DNA of 64,000 bases, taken from positions 5,138,698 through 5,202,697 of the forward strand of contig OZ199839.1 in assembly GCA_964304625.1 (NCBI GenBank), written 5' to 3'. The DNA is from Kudoa neothunni. Lineage: Eukaryota; Animalia; Cnidaria. Numbering within the stretch: position 1 is the stretch's first letter; the number at the start of each line of letters is the position of its first letter. Both the position numbers and the translations under genes were made by a program. Of this stretch, positions 1 to 13,819 are shown in pieces. The notes beneath the pieces are model-generated. The model made no database searches, was not told where the DNA came from, and was given only the letters and a program-made list of their open reading frames with translations.

Positions 1-3000
1 TCTGCTTTATAATCAAGTTATTGATAATCTCTATGCTTCATTTTCGATATTTCAAATAGTGCCGGGACGGAATTTTAGAGGGAGCAACAGTATGCACGTT
101 TGAAGAGGCTAGTAAAGTAAGACATATTTGTTTTGAAGATTATCTATCTGTTTGTTAGTTTGCTGCCTATCAGTTTCAAATAGAACATGGAACTTTTAAT
201 GAAGAAAAATATAAAACGTCAAACTTTGAGTAATTTTCTGTAACTACAGAAGCGAGCTGTATACAAAATTTTTTCTACTCTCTAGCTTAAAAAACTACTA
301 TCCAAAAGAGTTTATTAAAACTAGACATGTCAAAGAAAATATGATAAAAGTGATAATGAAATTTATATTCGATTTTTAAGTATGATTCATAAAAGGAGCA
401 CAAAAAAATCACAGAAAAGGATCAAGTGATGTTGAAGCATCAATACACAAAGTTGTGTCAAAATTTGAAAACCTATGGCATCTCTATATTTCTTGTGAAA
501 GTAAATAATCATCACATTTATGTCATTTAATGCTGTTTCAGGAGAAAAAACAAGGGAAGAATAGATTATCGCCCATATTATTAGGCATATCCAAAGATAA
601 TATTATCAGAATGGATCAAAACACCAAAGAAGTATGGTTCTAATCTAATTATTAAATTGTGTGTCCAAAATTGATAAAATTTTTGTAGGTTGTACAAAAA
701 TGGCCACTTACTGTGATAAGACGATGGGCTGCTTCAAAAAATAGTTTCTCGCTTGATTTTGGAGACTTTGAGGATAACACTTATTCGGTGCTGACCTCCG
801 AATCGGAACACATTGCTCAACTTGTTTCTGGTTACATCGAGCTTATTATTAGCAAGGTTTTTTTATTGATGAGTTGCAACGTGGGTTTGAGATTAAATTT
901 CTATGTCTAGAAAACCAATCCCACTCTCAAAGGATATTCACCCCATGTGGATACAGTTTACACTGGAAAAACCAATAAATCTAGGGGGATCGTCAATCGT
1001 AGAACCAGACCTGCTGAGAGCAGAATGGAAGGGGGCTCCTTCAATGATGGTTACATCGAAATGCCCTCTTACTTCAACAGTGATTGCTATTATTTTTAAT
1101 ATAGTAAAATCTATTAGTGGGTGAGACGAATAAAGATTTTATCACAAAAAAACAAAGTGTTGTCGACATTAGAAATCTTCAGGGGGTAGATACCATATTT
1201 GTTTCCACTCGCTTCAATTAATCAAACACCATTTTGATGCTAGGGCGAAAACAACTTTTACAACGATTCCGTCATTACCAATCAAATGTTCGTACATGAA
1301 ATCAACGAACTCCAACAGGCTTGCTCCCAAATTAACCTGGTTGAACTTGAGTGCAAATCCATTGAGCCTATAAGTGAGCAAGACTATGAGAACCTCAAAC
1401 GAATTCTCAAAGACTATATGGCTCTGTTGGGTTCAGCTGCTATAAGACTATTGGAAATGCGTGGTATTTTAATTTTCGATTTTCCTCTTCTAAACTTAAT
1501 GTGCCATATCGATTTTGAGAGATAAAATCAAAATCATTAAACATACCTAGGGTGTATTTAATAGTTATGTGTATATTGGATATTTTCTAGTTAATTCTAC
1601 CGTTTAGACAAATATGAAGACCCCAAGTATGTGTTGGAGATCAAACAAATGTAAGAGAAATTTATATTCTGTTTATTTATCAAAATATTTCTCCAAAGGA
1701 ACACCACGTTGGTATCACTGATGGATAAAGTGAAGGAATATGCTTCATATCTAAATGATTCTGAAGCTACAGACGTACTAAATGCATGCCAAGATTTAAT
1801 GCGTTCTCTGGTAGCTTTTACCTGCTGTATCAAGGAGGAAGGTGACCGTATCATCGTATTTGCTTTCATATAGACTAAATGACTCATTCATTCAATGATC
1901 TTTTTAATTTTTAGGTTGATGTTGAGACAATGAAGAAACAATTCACAGCGCTTTGTTCAGCACTTCATAACCTAGGAACAGTAGCTAAAATCAGCGATAG
2001 TGAAAGCAAAATCGATGTAATTATTTTTCAATGTCGCATACTTGAAATATTCCACTAATATTTTATCTTTATCTGATTTAATGATAGAAATATTATATGA
2101 ATTTATTTTATTATTTATTATAAATTTAAACATTGAAGGACACGGTAATGAAAAATGGCAAATATTTGACACTTGAAATGAGAGGATTGGTCGAAAAAGC
2201 CAAATTTATAATGGCAGATAAATATTTATCGAAGGAGTTGAGAGAAGCTATTAGGGTTTGCTCCAGAGAAGTTACTGAAGCTGCAAGCAACCTTGTGTTG
2301 GCAGGAAGAGTATTGGCGTCCACCTACTCAAACCCCACCTCTAAAATGACCATTGAAAATTTCAAGTCGGTGCTTGCTGCCAAATTGAATCATTTATATA
2401 ATTTATGTTGTGTATGTTATTGCCAAGCGTGATTTTTGTTGGTACAAAAAACACTAATATTTTTATGTAGATGGGAGACACTGATTCATGTGAAGATCTT
2501 AAACAGTGTTGTTCGGATCTGTTGAATTCTCTTTCGAATGTTTTCATAACCGAAAAACAATCAAAAGATCAGAAGCTGCGAGAAATGAGCTATTCTTTGG
2601 AGAAAATACGTCAACAAGCTGATATCACTGAAGGTTTATGTATCATAAACAATCCATTAGCGGTCTCAGAATGTAAATTATTTTTGGAGGTATAATTGGA
2701 CTTTAAATCTGTAATGAACAATAATTGTTATCTACTTGCTTAGAATGCACACAGTCTCAGCGGACTTATTGAATCCTACAAATATATGTGCAGTAATGAT
2801 GATTTGAGAAAAAGTTTGGAAGATTTCCTGAAGGATTACCAATCAGCGTTATCAATACTGGTTGTATCAGTAAACGACAAGGATATCAACCAGATACGTC
2901 TACAAGTCGTCGAAGCTAAAAAGATGGCAGTAAAATATCTATCTGAATTTATCAAAAACTATAATACGTCTAGTTTGGAGGTAGTTTTGACATATCATAT

Positions 3001-6000
3001 TCAGACTATATTTTTCTTATAGGATGCTGCGATGAATGTCGTTTCGTCGTTGAACAACTTGGCGATTAACGTAGATGAAAACAAACAGGTGAATAATAAA
3101 AAATGACTGTATGAACTAATCGATATATAGTTGATTTATATCAAATCATCGCAACTGAATCAGGCAGTGAACAAATTCCAGGCTGAGCAAAATTCAAATC
3201 TGTTACTGGCTTCGCTGATCTCTTCTGCTCAAGACACCAGCGATTTCAGCAAAAGCATCATTGAAGAAGAACAGCGATGTTTGGATGATTATGACTCCAA
3301 AGCGATGTCAGCATTAGTTTTTAGAAAACTTCACATTCTTTCAGCTTCCGTCAATGCTCTTGACAACACTTTGAAACGATTTACAATAAGAGATGAGTTT
3401 GGAGATGAACTTGATTATTTGGATAAACTGCAAGAGGAATGCTCCAATATGGTTGCTACTCTTAAAAGCCTTGCAAATGATTGTTCTGATGGACCAGTTA
3501 TACCCAATAAACACACTCAGGTATATTGTCACATATTGTATTGCTTGATAATATTACCTGTGATAGATGGTGTTGTCAAAGTGTCTGCATTCGCTTATGA
3601 AAACTTATGAGGACTCTCGCGATCTCAACCACGCTGTGTTCAACGAAGACTATGCCACCTACGTTGAACGTTTTCAGTCCACTCAAAATAAAATGTGCGA
3701 TCTGTTGGAAAAAATAAAAAATACGATAGAAGACAAATGTGTTGATAAAAACGTAGCCAAACAACTGGCTAACAAGGCAGAAAATCTTGTGAAATGCTCC
3801 AACCAAGTTAAACAAGCCATACAACAAGCCCTTGGCAATAACTCCAAAGAAAACAACATCAAAGTCTTGGATGTAATTATAGTTCCATTTTAGGGCTATT
3901 AATATATTGATTTTGTTGCTAGAAATTGAATGATTTTGACGAAGAAATTTTATCAACTGCTGCACTCATTCCTGGAAGTAAAGTTCTTATTCAAACTATT
4001 ACAGCTTTTAAAGCACTCGTTAAAGAACTACAAGATAGCTATGTAATGAGATTTTATGAAACTAGATGGCATAATTTTTTGTAGATGTCTACAGGAAAAT
4101 TCAAGACCTCCGACTCTGAATCAGATTTAATGGACGAATTCCATCAAGATATTACTAAATTGTGCGGAATGTTGTTGGATTTCTATTCCAATGTGAGGGA
4201 TGGAACTCCTATCAGTAAAGAGCAACTGCAAACAATAACAGATCAAATTAATAAATGTCGTGAAACAGGAATGAAGCTCTCAACAAAATTGGTAACCAGA
4301 ATACAAAATAGTGTTTAAATGTCAATCGTCTTATTATTCACATAGAACCCCAATGTTAGACCTCATTTTATTTCGGTTCTCACCTCAATTCTAAACGGAT
4401 TGATTGTATCGCTTACCGAATGTTCCGCTAGAATCGCTGATAGTGAATATCCGTTCGACAGTGTTAGTTTGTTTGATTCAATCAAGTAATTGGTTATTGG
4501 TTCAATATTTGCGTGCTAAAATGTTGATAAGGGATGTCGTGGTTTCGTTGAGGAATTTAACCTCACCTGTGCTTAACTTTGTTCCAGGAAAAAGAGAAAT
4601 CTACAAATTGTATTATCTATGCAAGGTGATTTATTTGTTGTTAAATTTCTTTCCAAACCATTTGGGTTGTTTTAGTATCACAACGAAGTTTCATTACAAT
4701 CAGCTTCATATTCTGTCAATCATGAGACAAACTATTGGATGTGTGTTGATAACCTCGAGAGTATCAAAGCAATGTTGATCACATTGTTAACTCAATCGAT
4801 TCCTCCTACTGAACCCTCAAAATTGTCCCCAAAGATGATCAAAGTTTTTAATCAACTGATCAACTGTGTGAGAAATGTAGTCGAGGAAACACATCAAGTT
4901 ATTTTGACGATACCATTGGGACGGTGACGAGATTTTATTTAGGCCAACTATCTGATGATTTCTTCAAAAAAAGCAGTAAAACAACAATCCCATGCCAGCT
5001 ATATTGATTCTAATACTGCCAAAATTTTAAAAGAAAAACTTATCCAGCTATCCGCTAATATTATCCAAAATATGGACTCAAAAAAAGATTTGGCCGGTCT
5101 GCTAGAGGAATTTGAGGCCTTGGACCAAGAATTCCAACACATTTTTTACAAATATTTGAACGATCTCAGCCCCCTAAGTTCTGGTGACTTTATTGATGAT
5201 CTCAATTCATCCTATCAAGACCTTGTCACTTCGTCGGCTATCTACAGAGAAACAATTGAAGTATTTTTAAATAATAAATGATAATAATGAAAATTGTGTT
5301 CAATAACTATATCATTCTCAGAAAGGGACAAGAAACAAATTAAACAAGAATAAATTGCCAGAAGTTGCTGAAATGTATCAAGAAAATGTGGCTAAACTGA
5401 CCAAGCTAGCTTCCGACCCTAATACTTCCATCAAATTCATTAAAATGAACAATGAAGTTTAGAATAAAATAAAATATGTAATTTAATATTGAGTTAGAAA
5501 AAAAGTGCTCAAAAGCCCTCACTAGAGAAGGGAAAATTGTATCTACAAGGTTTCATTACCTACGCGGATGATTACAAAAATTATTTAACCGGTAAGTATT
5601 ATCACAGTGAAAGCTTATCGTAATAAAAATTTAATTAATTAAATAAAATTAATTAAATGTTAAATTATTGAATTTGACCAAAATATAGATGATAAATCAA
5701 ATGTAAATTATAAATAACATTCGTATAACTCTTAGGTTTAAGAATAAAAATTGATTGTTTCGTAGTTTGTCGTTTCCGACACGCAGAACAGGACCGAACT
5801 GTGCCTCACGTGCAAAATTTGTGAATTATCCATCACATTTTAACATATATATATTATAATATTCAGACCTACGAAATTTAGATAAATTAAGAATTTAAGT
5901 TTATGAGAAAAATTAAAAATAAAAGATTACAAATGTAAATAAAAACATATTTTACATTAATTATGACACACTTAATCAAACTAAAAGTTCTATAATATTA

Positions 6001-9000
6001 ATCTTGTAATATTTTCTGTTCAAGATTTCCTTAAAATAATTATCATGTATAGAATTCACTTAAAAATAAAAATCATTGCAAAATATTATTAACTAATTAT
6101 CCGACTTCAACCTCTGAGTAAAATAGTAATAAGGGTCCATTTGGACCCTAAACAAAATTGTGGTACACATTTCTCAAAAATCTGAAAGTTTCCGCAGTTT
6201 TCACACACTTTTACTTGATTGTGGTATATTAATCTATTCAGAATATACGTTAAGATATTTATGAATGATATTGGTATATTTTTATAATTAGAACATCAAT
6301 TAAAATATAAAATAGAGTCTAAATTGACCACAGATTTTTTTAATATTTTAAAGCAGCTTGATAAAAAATATTTAATTTTACAATTAAAGTATAATTGTAT
6401 AATTTTTAAATGCTGAAATTCAACAAACTTTTCTTTTCCGCGCACGCTTATATGCGGATATCTAATTTATTGCGCCTAGGATGGATTTTTATGCAATAAA
6501 GTGATATAAGCACTGGCGTAAATTACTAACATTTACTATATCATGTCTAACTCAGTAAATCTAACCATTATTTTTGTAATAACAACGCAACAATAATTGG
6601 TTCTGATGATTCACTCAGTGGTAAAAATAATTTCTGGAATTAGGGTAAATCAAGACATTTGCGAAAAATATGATTTATTTTCTCCAGGACACGACTGTTT
6701 ATATAGCGTAAGTACTTAATGATATAAAGATCGTATACATTTTTTCGTCCATTTTTACTATATTTACAGTTTAATTATTTTTATAATTAAAATAATATAT
6801 TTTGATATAAGATTTCGGTTAAATTTCTGAATATAGTATCAACTTTTACGAGGAACAATTATTTTGGGTTCGTAATTAAAGAATAGTTTTTCAATAATGA
6901 ATTTAAGATGATTTCATATGATGAGAGAAATGTGAATCATTCCGTTTATCTATTAAATATTTTGTAGGATATTTCATTTGATATATTCATCAGAGTAATA
7001 AAAAATATTTATTATTATTATCGTTGCAATTTTAAATGTTATCTGTTACACTTTAATGATATTTGACATTAGATAATCTAAATTAATTTGCGTATAATTA
7101 ATGATAAAGTCGTTTAATATTTACTCCAAAATTGTACGGACAGATAGAAAAATTGGGGTGTTCATATGGGCCTTAATTTTACTTTGAGAGGGGTCTTTGG
7201 TAACATTACTTAGTAATCTTTTATCCTTCATGTCATTTATCAAAAATATTCATAAAGTTAGCAAACAATTATTTTAGAACAAAACACTTTTTCATTAGCG
7301 CCAAAATAATATACATTATTATATATCTACTTAAATAATATCGCTCTATCATATTCTAATTACATGGATAAACTTTTAATGGTTTTTAGCATTTTAAACG
7401 TAACGCATAATTTCCTAATGCTCATACAAGAATTTGTTAGCACAATCTAAGCACATATATACGATAGGGGATAAATTGTTGTTTATAACAATAAAAATCC
7501 TCAATTCTTCCAACAACAATTGGAAACTATGCTTATTATTTTGTCGAGAATAGCTATTTAATTACTTTAAAATATTCATTAAAATAAAGTAATCAAAAAA
7601 TAACATATTTGAGGTAACAACAACAACAATAATTATTATTCAGTTCGTTAAATAATTACTGTGTGTTGTCCAAGATGCAACCATGGTCGGTTCACAGGGT
7701 AAACATAAAAAATTGGTTGTATTGTAATTCTCTCACAGTATTTTACACCCTTTTGGATACAATTGGAATTTGATCACCATCATGATTACAATTATGAAAA
7801 AACATATGACAGACATAATCTGAAATATGTTTATCAGAAATCATATTTTTTCGTAAAAAGACGTGTATTTTCTTCATCTTTAAATTAATCAACGTTTTTT
7901 AGTGGTGGGAGAGTCACCAAATATACTAATGCGTTTATGACAGATTTTTAAAGTATTGCTATGCCATTAACTTTTACAAATTTCTCTACATGCTTCAGCG
8001 GGGATTTAAATCGCTGTAAAGTTCCATATATCGAAATCGACACACTAGTATCGAGACATTATCACGTTATTTAATAATAGTTTTGGTCTTTTTTTCTTTT
8101 ATAGCATGTATAAATACATTGGTAATCTATCTATTATATAAAATACAAATTTCGGAATTGCCTGAAGATTGTGTGTTCCGAGAAACAGTGAAATTTCGAC
8201 AAAGTTATGGGTCTGTTAAAAGTCTAATCTATTAGGAATAGTATGATTCGTGTCTGAATAGAGATGATTAAAATTTCCAAAGAATAGAACAATTTTTAGT
8301 TGTATTTTTTAGCGTTTTAAGTTTTCATCGAAATCATCCTTCGGGTGACCGGGAAGATTAGAGCCACCTGGGGCGGAGGTTAGGGGCGATATATCTGTAT
8401 ATAGATGTTATATTTAAAATTTGTTTACTGAATTAGATATTCCCAATACCCCGAGCGTAGCCGGGTATTACGGCTAGTAAATACTAAAATTTTAACCAGA
8501 TTTTTGTCTGTTATTAAAATATTTTTAACTTTTGTGCATTAATGATCATTTGATTGAATGTAAGAGTAAAATAATTTTTTTAAGTACATATATAATAATG
8601 AATATAAATATTTGTTTAACTTTGTTTTTATAACTTCAATGAAAGTAATCTACCCAAAATATCGTATCGAAAATGATACTTGGACCTAACTGGGTTAATG
8701 TGCATGAAATATGTCCAGAAATTGTATTCTTTCTATTAAATAAACTATTTTATCGTTTATTAACTGATTGGTAGTAACTTTGTTGTACAATTTTTATCAT
8801 GTATGACTGTGACATTTGCTTTAGTGCTACAACCATCTCGAAATATTGATAAACAAATCACCAAAGATATCAATGCTATAATTGATGCGCTTGGCGGTTT
8901 GATCGATGAATTAAAGTCTTTGAAATATTCTATTGAATTTTCTAAAATAAAATTCGAATAGGAGATCTTCCCCAAATAATCCTGAAGTAACCAAGTTGAT

Positions 9001-12000
9001 TTCCATCCTCTTGGAAAAGCAAGACTGCCTGGCTCCGTATTTTATTGGCAGTGCTGATCAGGCTAAAAATACGGATGTAGAATATAAATGGGTGAATTTT
9101 GTTAATGAGAAATATGTTTAGATTGATGAGAACCAAATGACGGAGGAAATTGAATCTATAAAGGCGTATTGTGAGGAATTTTTCAAAATTCAACCTCCAA
9201 GAAAATCCTCAAAAGATTGTGTTACGACTGTATTTGATTAATTATTGTGTTTGAACGATTTTTTACAACACATTAGTTGATTAATCTAACTAAAAGTGTT
9301 TGTAACTTGTGTGACAATGCTGTTTTGATGAGTCTACAAATGAAAGACGGAGGGGAAATCAAAAACTCACAGAAGGATCGAGCCGAATTACTTAACAAAT
9401 GCAAAGAGTTGCTTACCAATTCCATTCTAATGGCCGATTCGTTAAATGAACACAAACAAGTATATAAGTGGTAACACTTGTTTACGTAATTTTTTTGTTG
9501 CAGTGTGTTCTACTTGACGCAATGCCAATAACGGCAAAAGCAGCCTCCGAAAAAACTAAAACGAGTGCCAAAGAACTAGGCACATTGGTCAATATATATA
9601 CCGAGAAGTATTTGTCGAAACAAAGCAGCGCCAAAAATCTTGAAAAGACACTCAAACGAGTATTTTGAGTTAATATTATCAATAAAAATACTCAGATGTC
9701 TCTATTTAATAGTTAGACGAATATATCAATAACAAAGGAGAACCGAGAGCTGTTACGGGTGGGGATGAATTGGTCAAATCAGAGCAAATTGTTGGTGAAA
9801 TCATCAATATAAATAAAAATATGGTATTTGCTGATTGTTATTGTAGTTGACATTATTTTTGCGATATAGGTCAAATGTACAGCTAGTAATATCGACGAAT
9901 TGCCCAATCTTCAGTGCCAGGCAACTTCATGTTTCGGTGATCTATGTCAAGAAATTGAAGAATTACAAATTGTACCTCATATCAACATGTAGAATATTAA
10001 CCAATTCACTATTAGAATAACGATGATATACTGGATAGCATATTTAAATTGGGTAACGCAACATTATGTATGGGCAATGTTATAGGTCAATATACAAATG
10101 ACCCTAAAAATCCCAACAACAGAAAACAATTTGCTCAAAATTCCAAGAATACTTTAGATTGTGTAATTTTGTTGAGACTGAAGTTATATTTCACTTTTAT
10201 TTTAGGCAGCAAACGTTATGAAAACACTTCAATCGACAAAAGGTGTTGAAGTTATATTTTCAAAATTCTGCAAAGAATTACAGACCCACATATCCGATGC
10301 GGAAGCTTCGCAATTATTTGCAGAAACTGGAACCCTTGACTTCTTGACTTCAGAATCTTTCGAGAGTAACGCGTATGTTCTTTATATAATTTATATTTCC
10401 ACATTCGTAATAAAAATACCGCTAAATAATATTTTAAATCTATATACAATTCTAACAAATTTTTTTCAGGAGTAAAGTAGAAGCAAAATGTGATGTAATT
10501 ATGAAATTGCTAAAAGATCTTGAGAACGCGGTGATCAACGGGACTGATTTCAACCCTTCGATTAATGAGCTTTCTGTGGCTTTGAAAGAGCTCGGAGAAA
10601 TTATTAATGAGACTGTTTCTTCGCTTGGAAGTGACGACAAAGATTCACAAGTATATCTTGCTTAGAAGTAGAAGCATGGTATTAAATGCATTTATATCTA
10701 AATAGGTTGATCTAATAAAAAATCACTATGAGTTTTTGTCAACTCTCAACAACACTCTAAGTGACTACAAATCTAAGGATCGCAATAGGTTTAGCACAAA
10801 AGATGCGGTCACAGCCCTACAACGCTCTAAGGAAGGTTTCACCTCTAGATCCCAGTCCCAAAACAATAGCCAGGCTGCTATTCAAGATCTCAAGCAGCAT
10901 GTGGACCAAAGATTCAAAAAGATATTATCGTCCAACTGTGACAATCTCTCAACCAGTGATGAACACATTGAACCCGAAAAATTGGTCCGCCTTTCCAAGA
11001 ATATCACGGAGACCTGCCAGAAATTGATGGGCGCTTACAACAACAAGAAAACTTCTGAGTATCCCACCCATTGCTCCAAAGGCAAGCAAAGTCTTGATGA
11101 ATTCCTCAACAACATGGAGAACTATCTATCCGAATGCAAATCGGATCCAGAATTTATGGCATCATCCAAAAATCTAGTTATGGATAGTCTTTCAAATATT
11201 TCTTGTTGTTTCACCACGCTACTTTCGTCTTTGCAAAAGTCGTTGACATCTACAGACGAAGCCAAACTGCAGGTCAATTCAGCATCGAGAGAAGTCACTC
11301 AAAGTTTGGTCAAATTCCTGAAAGTAATGTCCAAAATCAAGGGCAATGCATTTGTGGATCCAGATGATCCAAACATTCAAGCAGAAAAAGAACTATTCAG
11401 TGCTGCTGCCAAAATTGAAGCGGCTGCTAAGAAGTTATCCGAACTCAAACCCAGAAAAGTTAGTGAAACTGGTGAAGTCAATGAAAATCTCAATTTCGAG
11501 GAACAAATCATCGAAGCGGCTACATCCATTACTAATGCAGCAAAGTTGCTCGTGGCAGCCGCCACTCATGCTCAACGAGAATTAGTTTCCAGTGGTGTGT
11601 TCTTTTCCTCATCTTCCAACTCCAAAGAAGATGGGCAATGGTCTCAAGGACTGATTTCGGCGGCCCAACTTGTTGCTCAAGCAACCAGCGATCTTTGTGA
11701 AGCAGCCAACTCAGCTGTCAAAGGCGAGGCAAATGAGGAAAAAATTGTTGCGGCTGCCAACAGCATTTCTCATTCTACAATTCAATTAATTATGGCATGC
11801 AAAGTAAAGGCTGATCCTTTCAGCAAGGGTCAAAAACGACTTCAAGTATTTTATTCAGTCACTGAGCATGTTTATATTTAATCTTTATCGACTGTAGGCT
11901 TCTGGTAATGCAATCAAAAAAGCTACTAAGGCATTGGTTGAAGCTGTTCATAATTCCGGTGTGTTTAAACGTGAGGAAGATGTGGTTGTTCCGGAAACTC

Positions 12001-12122
12001 AGTTTGTCGGAAGTCGTAAACAAGAACTAAATATGATGGAAGAAATTCTTAGAAAAGAAAGGGAACTCAATGAAGCCAGAGAAAAATTGTTTCAGCTCCG
12101 AAAACACAAAAATGATGGTTGA
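1..12122 (+). CDS. TLN: Talin (multi-exon; 5' end upstream of window; ~3.2-kb TE-containing intron ~5592-8824)
   Basis: Spliced translation gives FERM F2/F3 segments (CRDGILEG..FAAYQFQIEHG; LKTYGISIFLVK|EKKQGKNRLSPILLGISKD; IRRWAASKNSFSLDFGDFEDNTYSVLTSESEHIAQLVSGYIELII). A long helical rod follows. The C-terminal I/LWEQ domain (NLNFEEQIIEAA..QRELV..DGQWSQGLISAA..ACKVKADP) and dimerisation helix end at TGA 12122. Confidence 0.96.
6110..7193. mobile_element. Possible old non-autonomous piggyBac-like element in talin intron
   Basis: CCTCTGAGTAAAATAGTAATAAGGGTCCATTTGGACCC (~6111) is loosely inverted to GGGGTGTTCATATGGGCCTTAATTTTACTTTGAGAGGGG (~7156-7193). No intact TTAA TSD. Confidence 0.3.
8126..8477 (+). 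mobile_element. Non-autonomous Helitron (~350 bp) in talin intron
   Basis: A|TCTATCTATTATATAAAA 5' end, 3' hairpin AATACCC-CGAGCGTAGCC-GGGTATT, then CTAG|T; no TSD. Confidence 0.8.
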
Positions 12123-12864
12123 AAAGTTGATATATTTGTCTCGTGAACTATTAACTACTATTAGTTTTATTTCATTACAATCTTTGATATTTGAAAATTT
12201 CACCTCCTAAATTTATTGCATCGCTTCGCTATCATTACACACTAACAAATCCAACATTGCTCACTCATTACTGTCAATAATAACTAGTTTATTTTGCTAT
12301 AAAATAATTTGTTTAAAAGATTTTAATCTTAATTTACAATTATTTTAACAAATTTTCATTTTAAAATTTAATCCCACTATAAAATCGAAATGATGCTTTT
12401 TTAAAGAAGCCGAAATACCCTTAAATATTCTCAGAAAAAATTATAAATTTACGTGAACTCGTATTTTTATAGTTTTTAAATGTTTAAAGGTTATATCATA
12501 TTATACGTCTATTAATTTTATAATTAATTGAGTAGAAAAACCTTTTTTAATGTTTTACACTCTCAACACATATTTTCCATTATAAAATGATTTCTCCCTT
12601 ATAAAAAATTCAATTTTGTAAATACTACATTATGTTTTTTATGTTTATAATGAACTCTGTCGATTTATGTAAAGTAATAGTGTCTGTATATTTATCTGAG
12701 TAAAAATCGTCTCCTCATAGAGACTTCTTTAACGCTCTCGTAAATCTAGCGCTTTTCTTTAAATTTTATGACATTTCCGCTATTCTGTTAAATAGATGAT
12801 ATATAATACTAAGAAAAGTTTTAAATAAAGATAACCATGAGTTGGCTGAGAACAAAAAAATTTG

Positions 12865-13165
12865 CTTTCTAACAAACTTTTGGATGAAAATAACCCCCGA
12901 TTTTTCTTTAATCTTCGTTTTTAAAAAATTTAATCAAGATGAATGTGAAGTTAAAAACAAATTCTAACGATGGGTTTTGGTTAAAAATGATAAGTATTAC
13001 AATAATTAATCTCTAATAATCTGATTTAATGAACTCATGGTATAATTAGCTGGGTTTCGATAAAAAATATTTTGTGCCTCAAAAATTCTTTTAAAATAAT
13101 TTGATTGAGATATTGGTTGAAAAAAAAAAACTGGGGTTATTTTCATCCCAAAGTTCGTCGGAGGG
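12865..13165. mobile_element. MITE with ~35-bp TIRs (Tc1/mariner-like)
   Basis: CTTTCTAACAAACTTTTGGATGAAAATAACCCC is inverted to GGGGTTATTTTCATCCCAAAGTTCGTCGGAGGG|TA; the left TA is degenerate. Confidence 0.65.
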
Positions 13166-13397
13166 TATTTGTTTTCGAATAACCATAGAGGATTTAAATT
13201 ATCAGAAGGGAGGTGTATTTGATGTTATTCTTTTAAAGGCATTAAATGCAGTTTTGCTAATTTATTTTTTATAAGTTGAAGACAAATCTTCAACTTTATA
13301 ACAAAGATTTCAGTTTTAAAAATGTTTAACTTTTATTCAAATATATCTAAGTAAATCATTTTTAAATTTAAATATATAATACAAAATCATTAAACGC

Positions 13398-13427
13398 TTC
13401 CAGGTAAAGCTGGAATTTTCGTGCTAG
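13398..13427 (+). mobile_element. Helitron 3' terminus (5' end not located)
   Basis: Hairpin TTCCAG-GTAAAG-CTGGAA followed by TTTTCGTG-CTAG|T, the same architecture as other Helitron ends here. Confidence 0.5.
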
Positions 13428-13819
13428 TTAATAAGTAAATTAATTAATTGGCTGCAAGATAAATAAATTTTTATTATTTATCTACTGGCATTAATATTTA
13501 AATTACAAATAAATACTTAAGATCATCTATTCAAAATATTTTATACATGAAATTTCCCTAACAATGAATTTAATTAATTTTGTCGGTTAGTCATAGTCAT
13601 AGATATTAGTTAATTAATGTAATTTATCTTTATTATTTCTACCGATAAAAGTTTCATCTCAATACGAAAATGTATGTAAAATTTTAGAATGATAGAAAAC
13701 TGCAGTAAATATTGATTTAATTATCTTAAAATAAACAATTACAAGGTGTGAGATATTCAGTGAACCATATGGACAAGAAGTAGATCACACTTTTAATTTC
13801 ATTAAATAACGGAGATTAC

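Noticed and set aside
1464-1607. Extra talin exon with unusual GAG acceptor
   Set aside because: A single phase-1 GT-AG intron restores the frame more simply.
3341-11565. Minus-strand and off-frame ORFs overlapping talin
   Set aside because: Shadows of talin exons with no independent motifs.
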